Part shown: piece by piece, positions 20,290 to 30,559 of the stretch | Layout: each line of letters opens with the position of its first letter | Numbering within the stretch: position 1 is the first letter of the stretch | Origin: Roseibacillus sp. | GTDB lineage: Bacteria > Verrucomicrobiota > Verrucomicrobiia > Verrucomicrobiales > Akkermansiaceae | Direction of reading: 5' to 3' | Length of the DNA: 64,000 nucleotides | Assembly: GCA_051251855.1 (NCBI GenBank) | Contig: JBPOGI010000001.1 | Coordinates: forward strand, 960,001-1,024,000 | The notes under the pieces: model-generated | The model's database searches: none | Told to the model about the DNA's origin: nothing | What the model saw: the letters and a program-made list of their open reading frames with translations, nothing else | Position numbers and translations under genes: made by a program

Positions 20290-22176
20290 ATGAAGACGAT
20301 GAATTGGATGGTGATGGGACTTCTAGGACTGGTGATGACGACATCGGCCCAAGAAGATGTGCAAGTTGAAGGAGGAGTAACCGGAGAAAATCCTGAAGAA
20401 GCTATTCCGGCTCAAGTGGAGGGAGATGAGCAGGAAGACGCTATTCGAAGGGTGACCCTTTATCAAGGAACGGCCTTGGTGACGCGGGAAGTCCGCGTTT
20501 CAGCAGAGCAGGAAGGAGCCTTTGAGGTCATCGTGGAGGGGCTTCCCACCGCAACCGATCCGGAGTCGGTGTTCGCTGATGAAGGTCAAGGTTTAGAGGT
20601 TCGCTCGGTGACATGCCGTATGCGTTCCAGTGAGGAAACCAAACGCGTGAAGTCTGAGGTCGCCAAGTTGGAGAACTTAATCAAGGAGTTGGACCGAAAA
20701 TGTTCTGAGGCGCGCAACGAGATTGCTCTTCGAAGAATCCGTCAGGACTATCTCCGCAATCTGGGAGCTTTTGTTGCCCCGGCGGCTCGGCAGGAAATGT
20801 CGCATGGGGTTTTGCAAGCTGAGGAGTTGGCGACGGTGACTCAGATGCACTTCAAGGAATACGAAACGGCTTCACAAGAGATCATGAAGCTGTCGAATCA
20901 GATTGATGACGATAGTGAGACTCTGGCTACCTTGCGGAGAGATCGCGATAAGCTCGCATCAGGACCGACTCAAATTTATGATGCCGTTGTTTTTGTAGAG
21001 AAGGAGCGGGGCGAAGAGGCGGTCTTCAACTTGAACTATCTCGTGAGCGATTGTGGTTGGTCGCCAGTTTATAATGTGAGAGGTGTGAGTGGAGGAGATG
21101 AGGTGCGCATTGAGTTTAACGCCTTGATTCATCAAGTCAGTGGTGAGGACTGGAAAGACGCAGGACTGGTTCTGTCAACGGCTTCTCCCACCGTTAACGC
21201 CAAAAATCCAGAGCTGACGGCGCTTCATGTTCAGGTGCAACAAGGAGGGGTTCTGCCCAATATGGTAGAGGCGCAAGAGCAAGTGAATCGCTACAATGTC
21301 GCTCTCAAAGGGAAGAAGGAAGCGAATCGAAAGGTGCTGAGCGGTAAGTCGGTGGAAGATTTTGCGGATGCTAACTTTGCGGCTAACGAATTAGCAGCCA
21401 GTGCGCAGCTAGTGGAGCTTTCCATGAGGGCCGGTCAGTTGAAGCAATTGAATCAGAATCGAGAGGAAGAGGACTTGGCGATTCAGTATGAGTTAGAGCG
21501 ATCGGTCACCTTGGTGAGTAGGAGGGAAGCGCAAATGGTTCCTGTTCTAGATGCACAATGTCCAGCTGAGTTCTATCATGTCGCAACTCCGGTTTTAACG
21601 AGTGCGGTCTCCCGAGAAGCGGAGTTGATTAACACGAGTGAAAGGGACCTGTTAGGTGGTCGAGTGAATGTCTACCTCGATGATAAGTTCATCGGCAGAA
21701 CGGAGATGCCAACCATCGCGCGAGGTCGCAATTATACTCTAGGATTTGGAGTCGATGGCCAACTGCGAGCACGCCGTTCGTTGGTGGATCGCACTGAGAC
21801 GGTCCAAGGAGGAAACCGTTTGGTTGAGATCGACGTCGAGGTTGTGATCGACAACTTTAAGGGAGAAGAAACCAATGTTCGTTTGCGTGAGCGCACTCCC
21901 TTCATGGATGACACCGCAAGTCTCCGAGTTTCTTTGAGCCAAACCTCGGAGCCTCTCTCCACAGAACGCGACTATGCACGCTTCGAGCGACCCAAAGGAA
22001 TTTTGCGATGGGATCTTCTGGTAGGCCCCGGTGCTGGTGAGAAAGCAACGGACATCAATTACTCCTATCGTTTAGAGTATGATAAGAACGTCACCTTGGA
22101 AGAAGTGAGTGGAGAGAAGAAGTCAATTCTCCGCAGCGAGTTCATGGAAAAATCGCGCAGATCGCAGGGGCGGTAG
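20290..22176 (+). CDS. DUF4140/DUF4139 (MuiA-family) secreted protein
   Basis: IRRVTLY...ALVTR, coiled coil, WSPVYNVR, Q.SGEDW..A.L.LSTA, LGFGVD. Confidence 0.85.
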   Translation: MKTMNWMVMGLLGLVMTTSAQEDVQVEGGVTGENPEEAIPAQVEGDEQEDAIRRVTLYQGTALVTREVRVSAEQEGAFEVIVEGLPTATDPESVFADEGQGLEVRSVTCRMRSSEETKRVKSEVAKLENLIKELDRKCSEARNEIALRRIRQDYLRNLGAFVAPAARQEMSHGVLQAEELATVTQMHFKEYETASQEIMKLSNQIDDDSETLATLRRDRDKLASGPTQIYDAVVFVEKERGEEAVFNLNYLVSDCGWSPVYNVRGVSGGDEVRIEFNALIHQVSGEDWKDAGLVLSTASPTVNAKNPELTALHVQVQQGGVLPNMVEAQEQVNRYNVALKGKKEANRKVLSGKSVEDFADANFAANELAASAQLVELSMRAGQLKQLNQNREEEDLAIQYELERSVTLVSRREAQMVPVLDAQCPAEFYHVATPVLTSAVSREAELINTSERDLLGGRVNVYLDDKFIGRTEMPTIARGRNYTLGFGVDGQLRARRSLVDRTETVQGGNRLVEIDVEVVIDNFKGEETNVRLRERTPFMDDTASLRVSLSQTSEPLSTERDYARFERPKGILRWDLLVGPGAGEKATDINYSYRLEYDKNVTLEEVSGEKKSILRSEFMEKSRRSQGR

Positions 22177-22205
22177 TTCTCTTTATTCGTCTCTCGCCGC
22201 CTTTT

Positions 22206-23678
22206 CTAGGCAAGGATACCTTTCACCACTTTGGGTGATGAGGTGGGCCCAATGAGGCGTTGATTCAGACCTTGGTAGGGGAAGCTATGCTTGTGTGGGT
22301 CGATACCTAGAAGGTGCTGAATGGTGGCTTGAAAATCGTGAACGTGGACGGGGTTTTCGGCGACGGAATAGCCAAGAGGATCGGTGGCACCATAGGTGAT
22401 GCCTGGCTTTACCCCGCCGCCGGCCATCCAAGTGGTGAAGCAGTCGGGGTGGTGGTCGCGGCCGAGGAATTTGGAGCCACCCCGAGCTTCGTTCATGGGG
22501 GTGCGTCCGAATTCGCCTCCCCAGACGACAAGGGTGTCTTCCAACATGCCACGCTGCTTGAGGTCTGAGAGTAATGCCGAAATTGCCTGGTCGGAATCAC
22601 GGCATTTTTTCGGGAATTTTGTTTCTAGGTCATCACCAGGACCAGTGCCGTGGATGTCCCATCCCCAGTCAAACAATTGCACAAAGCGCACTCCTTGTTC
22701 AACAAGGCGGCGGGCTAACAAGCAGTTGTTTGCAAAGGAAGCTTCCCCAGGTTTCGCTCCATATTTTTCGAGTATCTGAGGAGACTCGTTGGAAATATCC
22801 ATCACGCCGGGAACCGCGACTTGCATGCGATAGGCCAGTTCGTATTGCTCGATTCGGGTCAGGGTCTCTGGATCTTGATATTGCTCAAGTTCCATGCGGT
22901 TGAGGTGACTCAGAGTGTCGAGGCTCTTGCGGCGGATATCACGGGACATGCCGTCGGGATTGGATACGTAGAGAATCGGATCGCCTTTGGACCGGCATTG
23001 CACCCCTTGATAGACGGAGGGAAGAAAGCTGCTGCCCCAGAGGGATTTTCCGCCCGAGGGATTCTTCCCGCCGGAGACCATGACCATGTAGCCGGGCAAG
23101 TTATCGTTCATCGAACCAAGGCCATAAGTGGTCCAAGCGCCCATGGAAGCACCGCCGAATTGAGCGCTTCCAGTGTGCAGGAGGAGCTGGGCAGGAGCGT
23201 GGTTAAACTGGTCGGTGTGCATCGACTTGATGAAGCACATGTCATCGGCGTGTTGGGCGAGATTTGGCATCATCTCACTTACCCAAGCACCGGACTCTCC
23301 GTGTTGCTGGAAATCATAGATGGAACCCAGAAGTTTCGGTCTACCCTTGATGAAGGCGAAGGTCTTTCCTTCGATGAGTTCTTCGGGACAGTCCTTGAGG
23401 TGGTTCTTAATGAGCTCTGGCTTGTAGTCCCATAGCTCGTGCTGGGGTGGGGAGCCCGCCATGTGAAGATAGATGACTTGCTTGGCCTTGGGCGCGAAAT
23501 TGGGGAGGTTGGCTTGCACATCACTAAGGGGAGCGCTGGCTGCGGTGGCAGATTTCCCCATGAGTTGGCTCAGAGCAGCGGCACCGATGCCAGCATTGCA
23601 GCGCTGTAAAAAGTGACGACGAGTGAGCGCGCTTGCTCGCGAGAAGCGAAGTTCGTTGTGTGGGTCGAGTCTGTTCAT
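22206..23678 (-). CDS. DUF1501 sulfatase-like protein with Tat signal
   Basis: TRRHFL Tat motif, YLHMAGSPPQ, LLARRLVEQGVRFVQ, WGGEFGRTP, GRDHH; start MNRLDP at 23678. Confidence 0.9.
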   Translation of the reverse strand: MNRLDPHNELRFSRASALTRRHFLQRCNAGIGAAALSQLMGKSATAASAPLSDVQANLPNFAPKAKQVIYLHMAGSPPQHELWDYKPELIKNHLKDCPEELIEGKTFAFIKGRPKLLGSIYDFQQHGESGAWVSEMMPNLAQHADDMCFIKSMHTDQFNHAPAQLLLHTGSAQFGGASMGAWTTYGLGSMNDNLPGYMVMVSGGKNPSGGKSLWGSSFLPSVYQGVQCRSKGDPILYVSNPDGMSRDIRRKSLDTLSHLNRMELEQYQDPETLTRIEQYELAYRMQVAVPGVMDISNESPQILEKYGAKPGEASFANNCLLARRLVEQGVRFVQLFDWGWDIHGTGPGDDLETKFPKKCRDSDQAISALLSDLKQRGMLEDTLVVWGGEFGRTPMNEARGGSKFLGRDHHPDCFTTWMAGGGVKPGITYGATDPLGYSVAENPVHVHDFQATIQHLLGIDPHKHSFPYQGLNQRLIGPTSSPKVVKGILA

Positions 23679-23679
23679 C

Positions 23680-26571
23680 TTATTTGCACAAAAAGGCGTC
23701 GAGGTTGAGGAGGACGTTGGCGACCACGGTGAGGGAGGCAAGTTGGGCGGCGTTTTCTGGGTTGGCAGGAGTGGGAACTGTGCCCGCAAGCTCCAAGGCT
23801 TCTTCGGGATTGGCTTCGTATTCGGCGAAGGTGTCTTGGTAGAGTTGAGCGAGGGCATCGACTTTCGCGCTTTCGACCTCATCTAACAGGACGAGTCGGT
23901 ATCCTTCACGGATTTGTTCGTTCAGGTCTTCGGAGTGCGCGGTCATCTTGCGGGCCAATGCTTGGGACGCTTCCACGAAGACGACGTCATTGAGAGTCAT
24001 GAAAGACTGCAGCGGAGTGTTGGTGCGGAAGCGACGCATCACGCAGACGTCGCGGGAGGCCATGTCAAAGGTGTCAAAAAGGGGATGGGGGTTGCTGCGC
24101 TTGAGGTAGGTATAGAGCGCGCGTCGATAGCGGTCGCGGCCCTTGCTTTCGACCCAAGCAGTGTTGCCGGAGAAAGCATTGGTGAAGGTCTTGATGGGGC
24201 TCGGGGGGTAGACTGGAGGTCCGTATAGGGTTCGATCGAGAAGTCCCGAAACAGCAAGCGCTTGGTCGCGGACGACTTCGGCAGTGAGTCGGAAGCGAGG
24301 ACCGCGCGATAGCAAGAGATTGCGTGGGTCGAGTTCGAGCTTCTCGGGGGTGGCCGTCGACGCCTGTTGATAGGCTGAAGTCATGACGAGAGTTTTGAGG
24401 AGCTTTTTCTGGTCCCAATCCTGCTCCATGAAGGTGACTGCTAACCAGTCTAACAGTTCGGGGTGAGAGGGGAGAGAACCTTGGGTTCCGAGGTCTTCTT
24501 CGGTCTCTACGATACCGATTCCGAAGAGGCGGGCCCAATACCGGTTCACGGCGACCCGAGCGGTGAGAGGGTTTTCCTTAGAGATAATCCATTGGGCCAC
24601 TCCTAAACGATTCTGAGGCGCGCCCTCAGGCATACTGCCATAAGTTTGTGGGATGGTAGGGCTGACTTCCTCGCCAGGCTGCAAGAATGAACCACGGGTC
24701 ATGATGTGGGTCTTGCGTTGCTTGTCGGTAGGGAGTTCGACCATGACCGGCACGCGCAGAGGCGAGTGGAGCTTTTGTTTGAGCTGGGCGAGTTGGCGTC
24801 CCAGCGGGTCGAGCTTCTTTTGTTTAAAGAGAGTGGCGGCATCCGTCACCTCAGTAGCGGAGAGCCGAACGCGGCCGGCGGTCAAGCGAGGCCACTGACC
24901 TTTGAATACGAGTTCCGTTTCTAGAATGGAGCCTTTGGGAGCTTGGATGGGCTTTGCGAGACTGAAGACCGCAGTGCGGCGGACTTTGTAACCCTCTTGT
25001 CGGTGGTTCACGGCCCACCCGTTCTTGTGGGGTTTATCGTCAATGACGTTCTCAATGTTGTAATTGGGTTGCGCGTGATCGGCAGCCGCCTTGGAGATTT
25101 TTTGAAGGGTTCGTTTGCCATCAGGAGTCAGGAGATAGAGCTTCACTTGACTCAAGATGAAGGCGCCTTCTGGGGCGCGCCCGACGTGGTCATTGTGTCG
25201 GATGTCAGGAATGACTTCGAGGCGCAGGGCACTCGTAGCGTTGAGAGGGGCGGGTGCGCGAAGGGTGTAAGTGGGGTATTCCGCATTGTTCCCGACGGCA
25301 AGTAGGGAGCCATCTTCCTGCGGCTCAAATTGAACGCCATCGGTGGCCGAGGAGTTGTCGAGAGGGAGAGTTTTCCACGGCGATTTCTCGAGTGCTTCTT
25401 GCTCAATACGAGCGATTTGAGAGCGGAGCTCTTCCTTTTCGTGCTCGCGGCCCATGGGCTCGACATCCATCCGTGGCCGGTCGTCGCGATGGTCGGTGTC
25501 CTTGGTTTGATTGAAGAAGGCGTAGAATTCGTAGTATTCCTGATGTGTGATGGGATCATACTTGTGGGTATGGCACTCGGCACAGCGAATGGTGAGACCC
25601 ATGGTAGAATTGACAGTGGTGCTCAGCCGGTCTTTGACGGCAATTGTTCGAAACTCTTCGTCGTTGGTTCCTCCTTCATTATTACTCAGAGTGAGTCGGT
25701 GAAAAGCAGTTGCGAGTCGCTGTTGGTCGGTGGCGTCTGGGAGAAGGTCGCCTGCAATTTGTTCAACGAGGAACTGATCGTAGGGCACGTTGTCGTTGTA
25801 GGCCTTGATGACCCAGTCACGCCAAGGCCAGATGTCGCGGTGTTCGTCACCAGAATAGCCAACGGTGTCGGCATAGCGGGCGAGGTCCATCCACATTGAG
25901 GCCCAATGCTCTCCGTATGCGGGAGAGGCTAAGAGGCGGTCGGCGGCGCCAGCAACGGCTTGTTGGGGAGCGCTCGCATAAGCTTCCGAAAAGGTGGTCA
26001 TCTCTTCCTGAGTAGGTGGAAGTCCTGTGAGGTCTAGCGAGAGTCGGCGAAGCATTTCGACGGCGGGAGCAGGCTCAGATGGGGAGAGATTTTTCTCCTG
26101 GAGTTTTGAGAGAACAAAACGGTCGATATCGCTCTGGCCCCATTCTGATTTTGCGACTTCGGGCAGGGCAGGTAAACTTGGAGGAACGAATGACCAATGG
26201 GTCTCGTATTCAGCTCCCTCAGTTATCCATTGCCTGAGAAGACTGATTTCCTCTTCGCTCAGAGAGTGCCCATGGTCTGGTGGAGGCATGACGTCGTCGG
26301 GGTCGTCTGTTTCGACGCGCTGGATGAGAAGACTCCCATCGGGGTCACCGGGAATAGCGCTCGCTTCGCCTTCAGCCGTGGAGGTGGCTCCTTCGAAGGT
26401 GTCAAGGCGTAGGTCTGCTTTTCTGTCTCCCGGGTCGGGGCCGTGGCATCCGATACAGTTCTTCGAGAGGATGGGGCGAATCTGAAAATTGAAAGAAATC
26501 TCTTCTGCAAGAGAGGCCGTTAAGAGAGCACAAGTGGTTGTGAGAAGAATAACAGGTGTTAAGTAACTCAT
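23680..26571 (-). CDS. Planctomycete cytochrome c + PSD1 (DUF1549/DUF1553) protein
   Basis: IRPILSKNCIGCHG, LDLTGLPPT, CAECHTHKYDP, NPLTARVAVNR.W, HPELLDWLA, TNTPLQ. Confidence 0.92.
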   Translation of the reverse strand: MSYLTPVILLTTTCALLTASLAEEISFNFQIRPILSKNCIGCHGPDPGDRKADLRLDTFEGATSTAEGEASAIPGDPDGSLLIQRVETDDPDDVMPPPDHGHSLSEEEISLLRQWITEGAEYETHWSFVPPSLPALPEVAKSEWGQSDIDRFVLSKLQEKNLSPSEPAPAVEMLRRLSLDLTGLPPTQEEMTTFSEAYASAPQQAVAGAADRLLASPAYGEHWASMWMDLARYADTVGYSGDEHRDIWPWRDWVIKAYNDNVPYDQFLVEQIAGDLLPDATDQQRLATAFHRLTLSNNEGGTNDEEFRTIAVKDRLSTTVNSTMGLTIRCAECHTHKYDPITHQEYYEFYAFFNQTKDTDHRDDRPRMDVEPMGREHEKEELRSQIARIEQEALEKSPWKTLPLDNSSATDGVQFEPQEDGSLLAVGNNAEYPTYTLRAPAPLNATSALRLEVIPDIRHNDHVGRAPEGAFILSQVKLYLLTPDGKRTLQKISKAAADHAQPNYNIENVIDDKPHKNGWAVNHRQEGYKVRRTAVFSLAKPIQAPKGSILETELVFKGQWPRLTAGRVRLSATEVTDAATLFKQKKLDPLGRQLAQLKQKLHSPLRVPVMVELPTDKQRKTHIMTRGSFLQPGEEVSPTIPQTYGSMPEGAPQNRLGVAQWIISKENPLTARVAVNRYWARLFGIGIVETEEDLGTQGSLPSHPELLDWLAVTFMEQDWDQKKLLKTLVMTSAYQQASTATPEKLELDPRNLLLSRGPRFRLTAEVVRDQALAVSGLLDRTLYGPPVYPPSPIKTFTNAFSGNTAWVESKGRDRYRRALYTYLKRSNPHPLFDTFDMASRDVCVMRRFRTNTPLQSFMTLNDVVFVEASQALARKMTAHSEDLNEQIREGYRLVLLDEVESAKVDALAQLYQDTFAEYEANPEEALELAGTVPTPANPENAAQLASLTVVANVLLNLDAFLCK

Positions 26572-26714
26572 CGCTACGACCTAAACGTTCCTGTGAGGGC
26601 CAAGTTTGCAGTTTTCTCGATATTATCGCCGTCGTTTGGACATGAAAAGGGCCCTTGTGATGGGCAGCCTTCAGTATCGACATTTTTAGCCAGTTTACTT
26701 AGGGTCTCGCGCAA

Positions 26715-28640
26715 ATGAGCGAGTGGAAATCAGTGTTGGCGGCCGCAGTGGCGGATGGGAATGTTTTGGACAGTTCTAAGGAGAACATCGAACAGTATCT
26801 TTTGGGAGCCAGCGGCGATGTCGCTGAAGCAGCCATCTCCGAGTTGGTGGAGGGCGCTCATTGGGAGGAAATCAACGACCGTTTCTATAAGTCTCTTGAA
26901 TTCGGAACTGGTGGATTGCGCGGCCGTACTATTGGCAAAGTGGTGACCAAAGCCGAGGAGGGTGTCGGTGGGCCCCTTGACCGTCCTGAGCATCCTTGCC
27001 AAGGAACTGCCACGATGAACTATCACAACGTCGGCCGCGCGATGCAGGGGTTCATTAAATATGTGAAGGCGAACAGCTCTGAGGAAAAACCGCGTTTTGT
27101 GATTGGCCATGATACTCGTCACTTTTCCCGCGACTATGCCGAATACTGCGCGAAGCTTTGCGCTGAGTTAGGTTGTGACGCCTACCTCTTCGATGGTCCG
27201 CGTGCGACGCCTCAGATTTCTTATCAAATTAGGCAAGTGAACGGGGCTGGGGGAGTGATTTTGACTGCGAGTCACAATCCCTATCATGACAATGGCTTCA
27301 AAGCTTATCTCGATGATGGCGGTCAGATTGTTGAGCCGGCGGCGAGTGGGATTATCGGTGAAGTGAATGCGCTACAAAGTGCCGAATACGAGGCGGTTCC
27401 CGCAGACCAGCAGGGCCAGGTGATTACTTTAGGTGCGGAAGCTGATGAAGTTTATATGGCCGAAACGCAGACTCTTCTTCTTCAGCCAGAGTTGCTCGAA
27501 GGTCGTTCCGCGAAGGTGGTCTACACGAGTATCCACGGCACGGGAGGACACATTGTGGTGCCACTCTTGAAGAAGCTTGGATTCGAAGTTTTGACCGTGC
27601 CAGAGCAGGAAATTTCAGATGGACGTTTTCCAACAGTGGCTTCTCCCAACCCTGAGAATGCGGAGGCCTTACAAATGGCGATGGACCTCGCGATCAAGGA
27701 AGGTGCTGAGGCCGTGATTGGAACCGATCCTGATTGTGACCGGATGGGGGTCGCAGTGCGTAATGCTGCAGGTGAGATGGAACTGATTACCGGCAACCAA
27801 ATCGGTTCCTTGATGGCCTGGTATCGGATCAAGACGATGTTCGAGAAGGGTTGGCTCACCGAGTCGAACCGCAGTCGCGCGGTGCTTATCAAGACTTTTG
27901 TTACGAGCACGCTGCAGGATACCATCGCGCATCAGAATGGCATTTCGGTAGTCAATACTTTAACTGGTTTCAAATGGATCGCGGCCAAGCTTCGCAAGTA
28001 TGAATACGCTTTGCCGAAGGATAAGGTGTCTGACTATCGCGCTTTATCGGCTGAAGAGAGCCGTAAGCTCCGTCTCGAGTATTCTAAATTCTTCGTCTTT
28101 GGTGGCGAAGAGAGCTACGGCTATCTTGGAGATGACTTTGTGCACGACAAAGATGGCAACGGAGCAGTGGTAATGTTCGCTGAACTGGTCGCTTATGCCG
28201 CGAGCAAGGGGTGTAAAGTGACTGACTTGATGGACGAGGTTTATCAAGAATACGGGGTCCATTTGGAAATCGGGAAATCGATTTATATGGAGGGCGCTGA
28301 AGGAGCAGCCAAGATTGCTAAACTTGCGAAGAGCTACTCCGAGAACCCGCCGACGGAAGTGGACGGAAGCAAGGTTGCGAAGGTGAGAGACTTTAATACG
28401 GATACCATTTTTGACGAAGAGGGGGACGAAGTTCCAGCTCAGGCAATGCTCATCGTTGACTTGGAGGATGGTCGTGTCTTTGCGGTGCGGCCCAGTGGCA
28501 CAGAACCTAAGATTAAATACTATCTCTTTGGGAAAGATGGAGCCAATCCTGCCGATTTAACCGCCAGCAAGGGCAAGGTTCTCAGCTCGTTGGAGTCGAT
28601 GTGGACGGCCATTGAGGCTGATATTGCCAATAGGATTTAG
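26715..28640 (+). CDS. Phosphoglucomutase/phosphomannomutase
   Basis: FGTGGLRG, TASHNP, DPDCDR, GEESYG, RPSGTEPKIK; promoter TCGACA-N17-TAGGGT-N9-ATG. Confidence 0.93.
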   Translation: MSEWKSVLAAAVADGNVLDSSKENIEQYLLGASGDVAEAAISELVEGAHWEEINDRFYKSLEFGTGGLRGRTIGKVVTKAEEGVGGPLDRPEHPCQGTATMNYHNVGRAMQGFIKYVKANSSEEKPRFVIGHDTRHFSRDYAEYCAKLCAELGCDAYLFDGPRATPQISYQIRQVNGAGGVILTASHNPYHDNGFKAYLDDGGQIVEPAASGIIGEVNALQSAEYEAVPADQQGQVITLGAEADEVYMAETQTLLLQPELLEGRSAKVVYTSIHGTGGHIVVPLLKKLGFEVLTVPEQEISDGRFPTVASPNPENAEALQMAMDLAIKEGAEAVIGTDPDCDRMGVAVRNAAGEMELITGNQIGSLMAWYRIKTMFEKGWLTESNRSRAVLIKTFVTSTLQDTIAHQNGISVVNTLTGFKWIAAKLRKYEYALPKDKVSDYRALSAEESRKLRLEYSKFFVFGGEESYGYLGDDFVHDKDGNGAVVMFAELVAYAASKGCKVTDLMDEVYQEYGVHLEIGKSIYMEGAEGAAKIAKLAKSYSENPPTEVDGSKVAKVRDFNTDTIFDEEGDEVPAQAMLIVDLEDGRVFAVRPSGTEPKIKYYLFGKDGANPADLTASKGKVLSSLESMWTAIEADIANRI

Positions 28641-28705
28641 GGTCCTTTTGCGCCTGTCAGATTTTTGCTGCGACTTTTGGTCGATATTGGGGTTTAGTTC
28701 GTCCT

Positions 28706-30067
28706 ATGAACAATTCTCTCGTTGCGGTTGGAGTCGGAGGCCTTCTTTTGGGTGGCGTTGGAGGCTTTTTGGCGGGAGGCAATGGAGTTTCCTCAAATGG
28801 AGCGGATGGCGACTCGAGTGCAACTAAGACGGAGCGAGCCAAGGTTGTTGCCGTTGATACGCGCCGAAGCGAGGTGATCCGTGATTTGTCTGAAGTTTAT
28901 CGCGAGCCTAGCCAGACTGCCCGGGTTCAGAAGATGTTGGACTATTACGCCAACTTGGGACCAGGAATGTTTGAGGCGGAAGCGGCGAAGCTGGATGAGT
29001 TGCCATTTTCTGAACGTATCCTCGCATCCTATCTTCTCTTCTCGCAATGGGCAGAAGTGGATCCCATTGCGGCTCTTGCGCACACCGATACGATGGGGCG
29101 TGGCGGTTTTTTTGTGAAGCCAACTGTTCTTCAAAGTTGGGCTTCTACGGATCCCGAGGCGGCGGCGCAGTTCCTCAAAGAGAATCCACGTGACTTTGCA
29201 ATGATGGGCATGATGGGAGGAGGACGAGGACAGGGCGCAGCAGGAACGATTGCTACTGAGTGGGCTCGTCAGGATCCGGAAGCGGCTCTGGCTTGGGCCA
29301 AAGGGCTCGATGGCCGAGAGTCTACTGGAGCGATTGCAAATGTGATTAAGCAAGTAGCGAGCGAAGACCCGGTGGCGGCTCTGGCCATGGCTAATGGTCT
29401 CGATGAAGAAGGGAAGTTGGCTGCCTACCGGTCAATTGCGCCGGAGTGGGCAAAAGACGATTGGGACGCGATGGAAAGTTGGGCTCGAGGTCTACCTGCT
29501 GAACAGCGTGATGCTGCTCTGGCGGAAGGTGCACGTGGGCTCGCGCAGCGTGACCCGATGGAGGCTGCGGCCAAGTTGCTGACGATTGCGGAAGGAGATG
29601 CCAAGAATCGGGCCTTCGATGATGTGATCGAAAGCTATGCCCAACAGGACCCACAAGGCGCGATGAATTTCCTTCTCACCAATGGTAGCGAGGATATTCA
29701 GGAAGATGCCATGCGTGAAGCGATGGGACCGCTGGCACGCACCAATCCTACTGCTGCGCTCGAGGTAATCAATTCTCTAGATGACAATGCCGTTCGTGAT
29801 CGAGCGGTCAGTACATACGTTTTTAGTGCGAATGATACGGACCCCCAGGAGGCAATAACTTTGGCTGCGACCATCGGCGATGATGAGACTCGGGAGCGAA
29901 CAGTGGGGATGGCTGCCGGACGCTGGTACCGCGAGGACGAAGCTGCAGCGGACGCCTATTTTGCCGATTCAGGTTTGATTGCTGACGACACACTCCAGCA
30001 GATTAAGGACCGCGCCGAGAATGGCGGAGACCGAGGTGGACGTCGGGGTGGTGGCCGAGGACGCTAA
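28706..30067 (+). CDS. Membrane-anchored helical-repeat protein (WAxxDPxAA repeats) with RGG tail
   Basis: N-terminal hydrophobic Gly-rich anchor; ~8 DP.AA-type repeats; C-terminal GGDRGGRRGGGRGR. Confidence 0.8.
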   Translation: MNNSLVAVGVGGLLLGGVGGFLAGGNGVSSNGADGDSSATKTERAKVVAVDTRRSEVIRDLSEVYREPSQTARVQKMLDYYANLGPGMFEAEAAKLDELPFSERILASYLLFSQWAEVDPIAALAHTDTMGRGGFFVKPTVLQSWASTDPEAAAQFLKENPRDFAMMGMMGGGRGQGAAGTIATEWARQDPEAALAWAKGLDGRESTGAIANVIKQVASEDPVAALAMANGLDEEGKLAAYRSIAPEWAKDDWDAMESWARGLPAEQRDAALAEGARGLAQRDPMEAAAKLLTIAEGDAKNRAFDDVIESYAQQDPQGAMNFLLTNGSEDIQEDAMREAMGPLARTNPTAALEVINSLDDNAVRDRAVSTYVFSANDTDPQEAITLAATIGDDETRERTVGMAAGRWYREDEAAADAYFADSGLIADDTLQQIKDRAENGGDRGGRRGGGRGR

Positions 30068-30070
30068 GAA

Positions 30071-30096
30071 AAAGGGGGCAATTTGCCTCTTTCTGA
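30071..30096 (+). terminator. Probable intrinsic terminator
   Basis: AAGGGGGCA-ATT-TGCCTCTTT stem immediately after the stop codon. Confidence 0.45.
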
Positions 30097-30126
30097 TTCT
30101 CCTGCACAAAGCATGATGGAGCTGAA

Positions 30127-30555
30127 ATGATTCCGTTTGCTGAGAGCCGGGTAGCCAGTGTCTTCGAGTGCTATCCTCGCGAGGTTAGGATACGAATGCT
30201 GGCGATTCGGGATCTCGTTTTCATGACTGCTCAGCGAATGGGTTTTGAGCAGGATTTGGTCGAGTCCCTGAAGTGGGGAGAACCGAGTTATACATGTCCT
30301 CAAGGTTCAACTCTTCGGATAGATTGGAAAGAAAAGGCCGCGGATTACTACCGGATGTTTTTCCACTGTCAAACGAACTTAGTTGAAACTTTTCGGAAGT
30401 TGTATCCTCAAGACTTTTACTACGAGGGTAACCGAGCGATCCGAGTCCTCGCAACGAGTGAACCGGATCTTGGTAAGCTTGCGCATTGTGTTGAGCTGTC
30501 TCTCAACTATCACTTAGTGAAGCATCTTCCTAATTTGGGTGTAGTGAAGGAGTGA
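30127..30555 (+). CDS. DUF1801 (YdhG-like) protein
   Basis: ESLKWGEPSY, STLRIDWK, FHCQTNLVETF, YEGNRAI. Confidence 0.85.
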   Translation: MIPFAESRVASVFECYPREVRIRMLAIRDLVFMTAQRMGFEQDLVESLKWGEPSYTCPQGSTLRIDWKEKAADYYRMFFHCQTNLVETFRKLYPQDFYYEGNRAIRVLATSEPDLGKLAHCVELSLNYHLVKHLPNLGVVKE

Positions 30556-30559
30556 ATGA

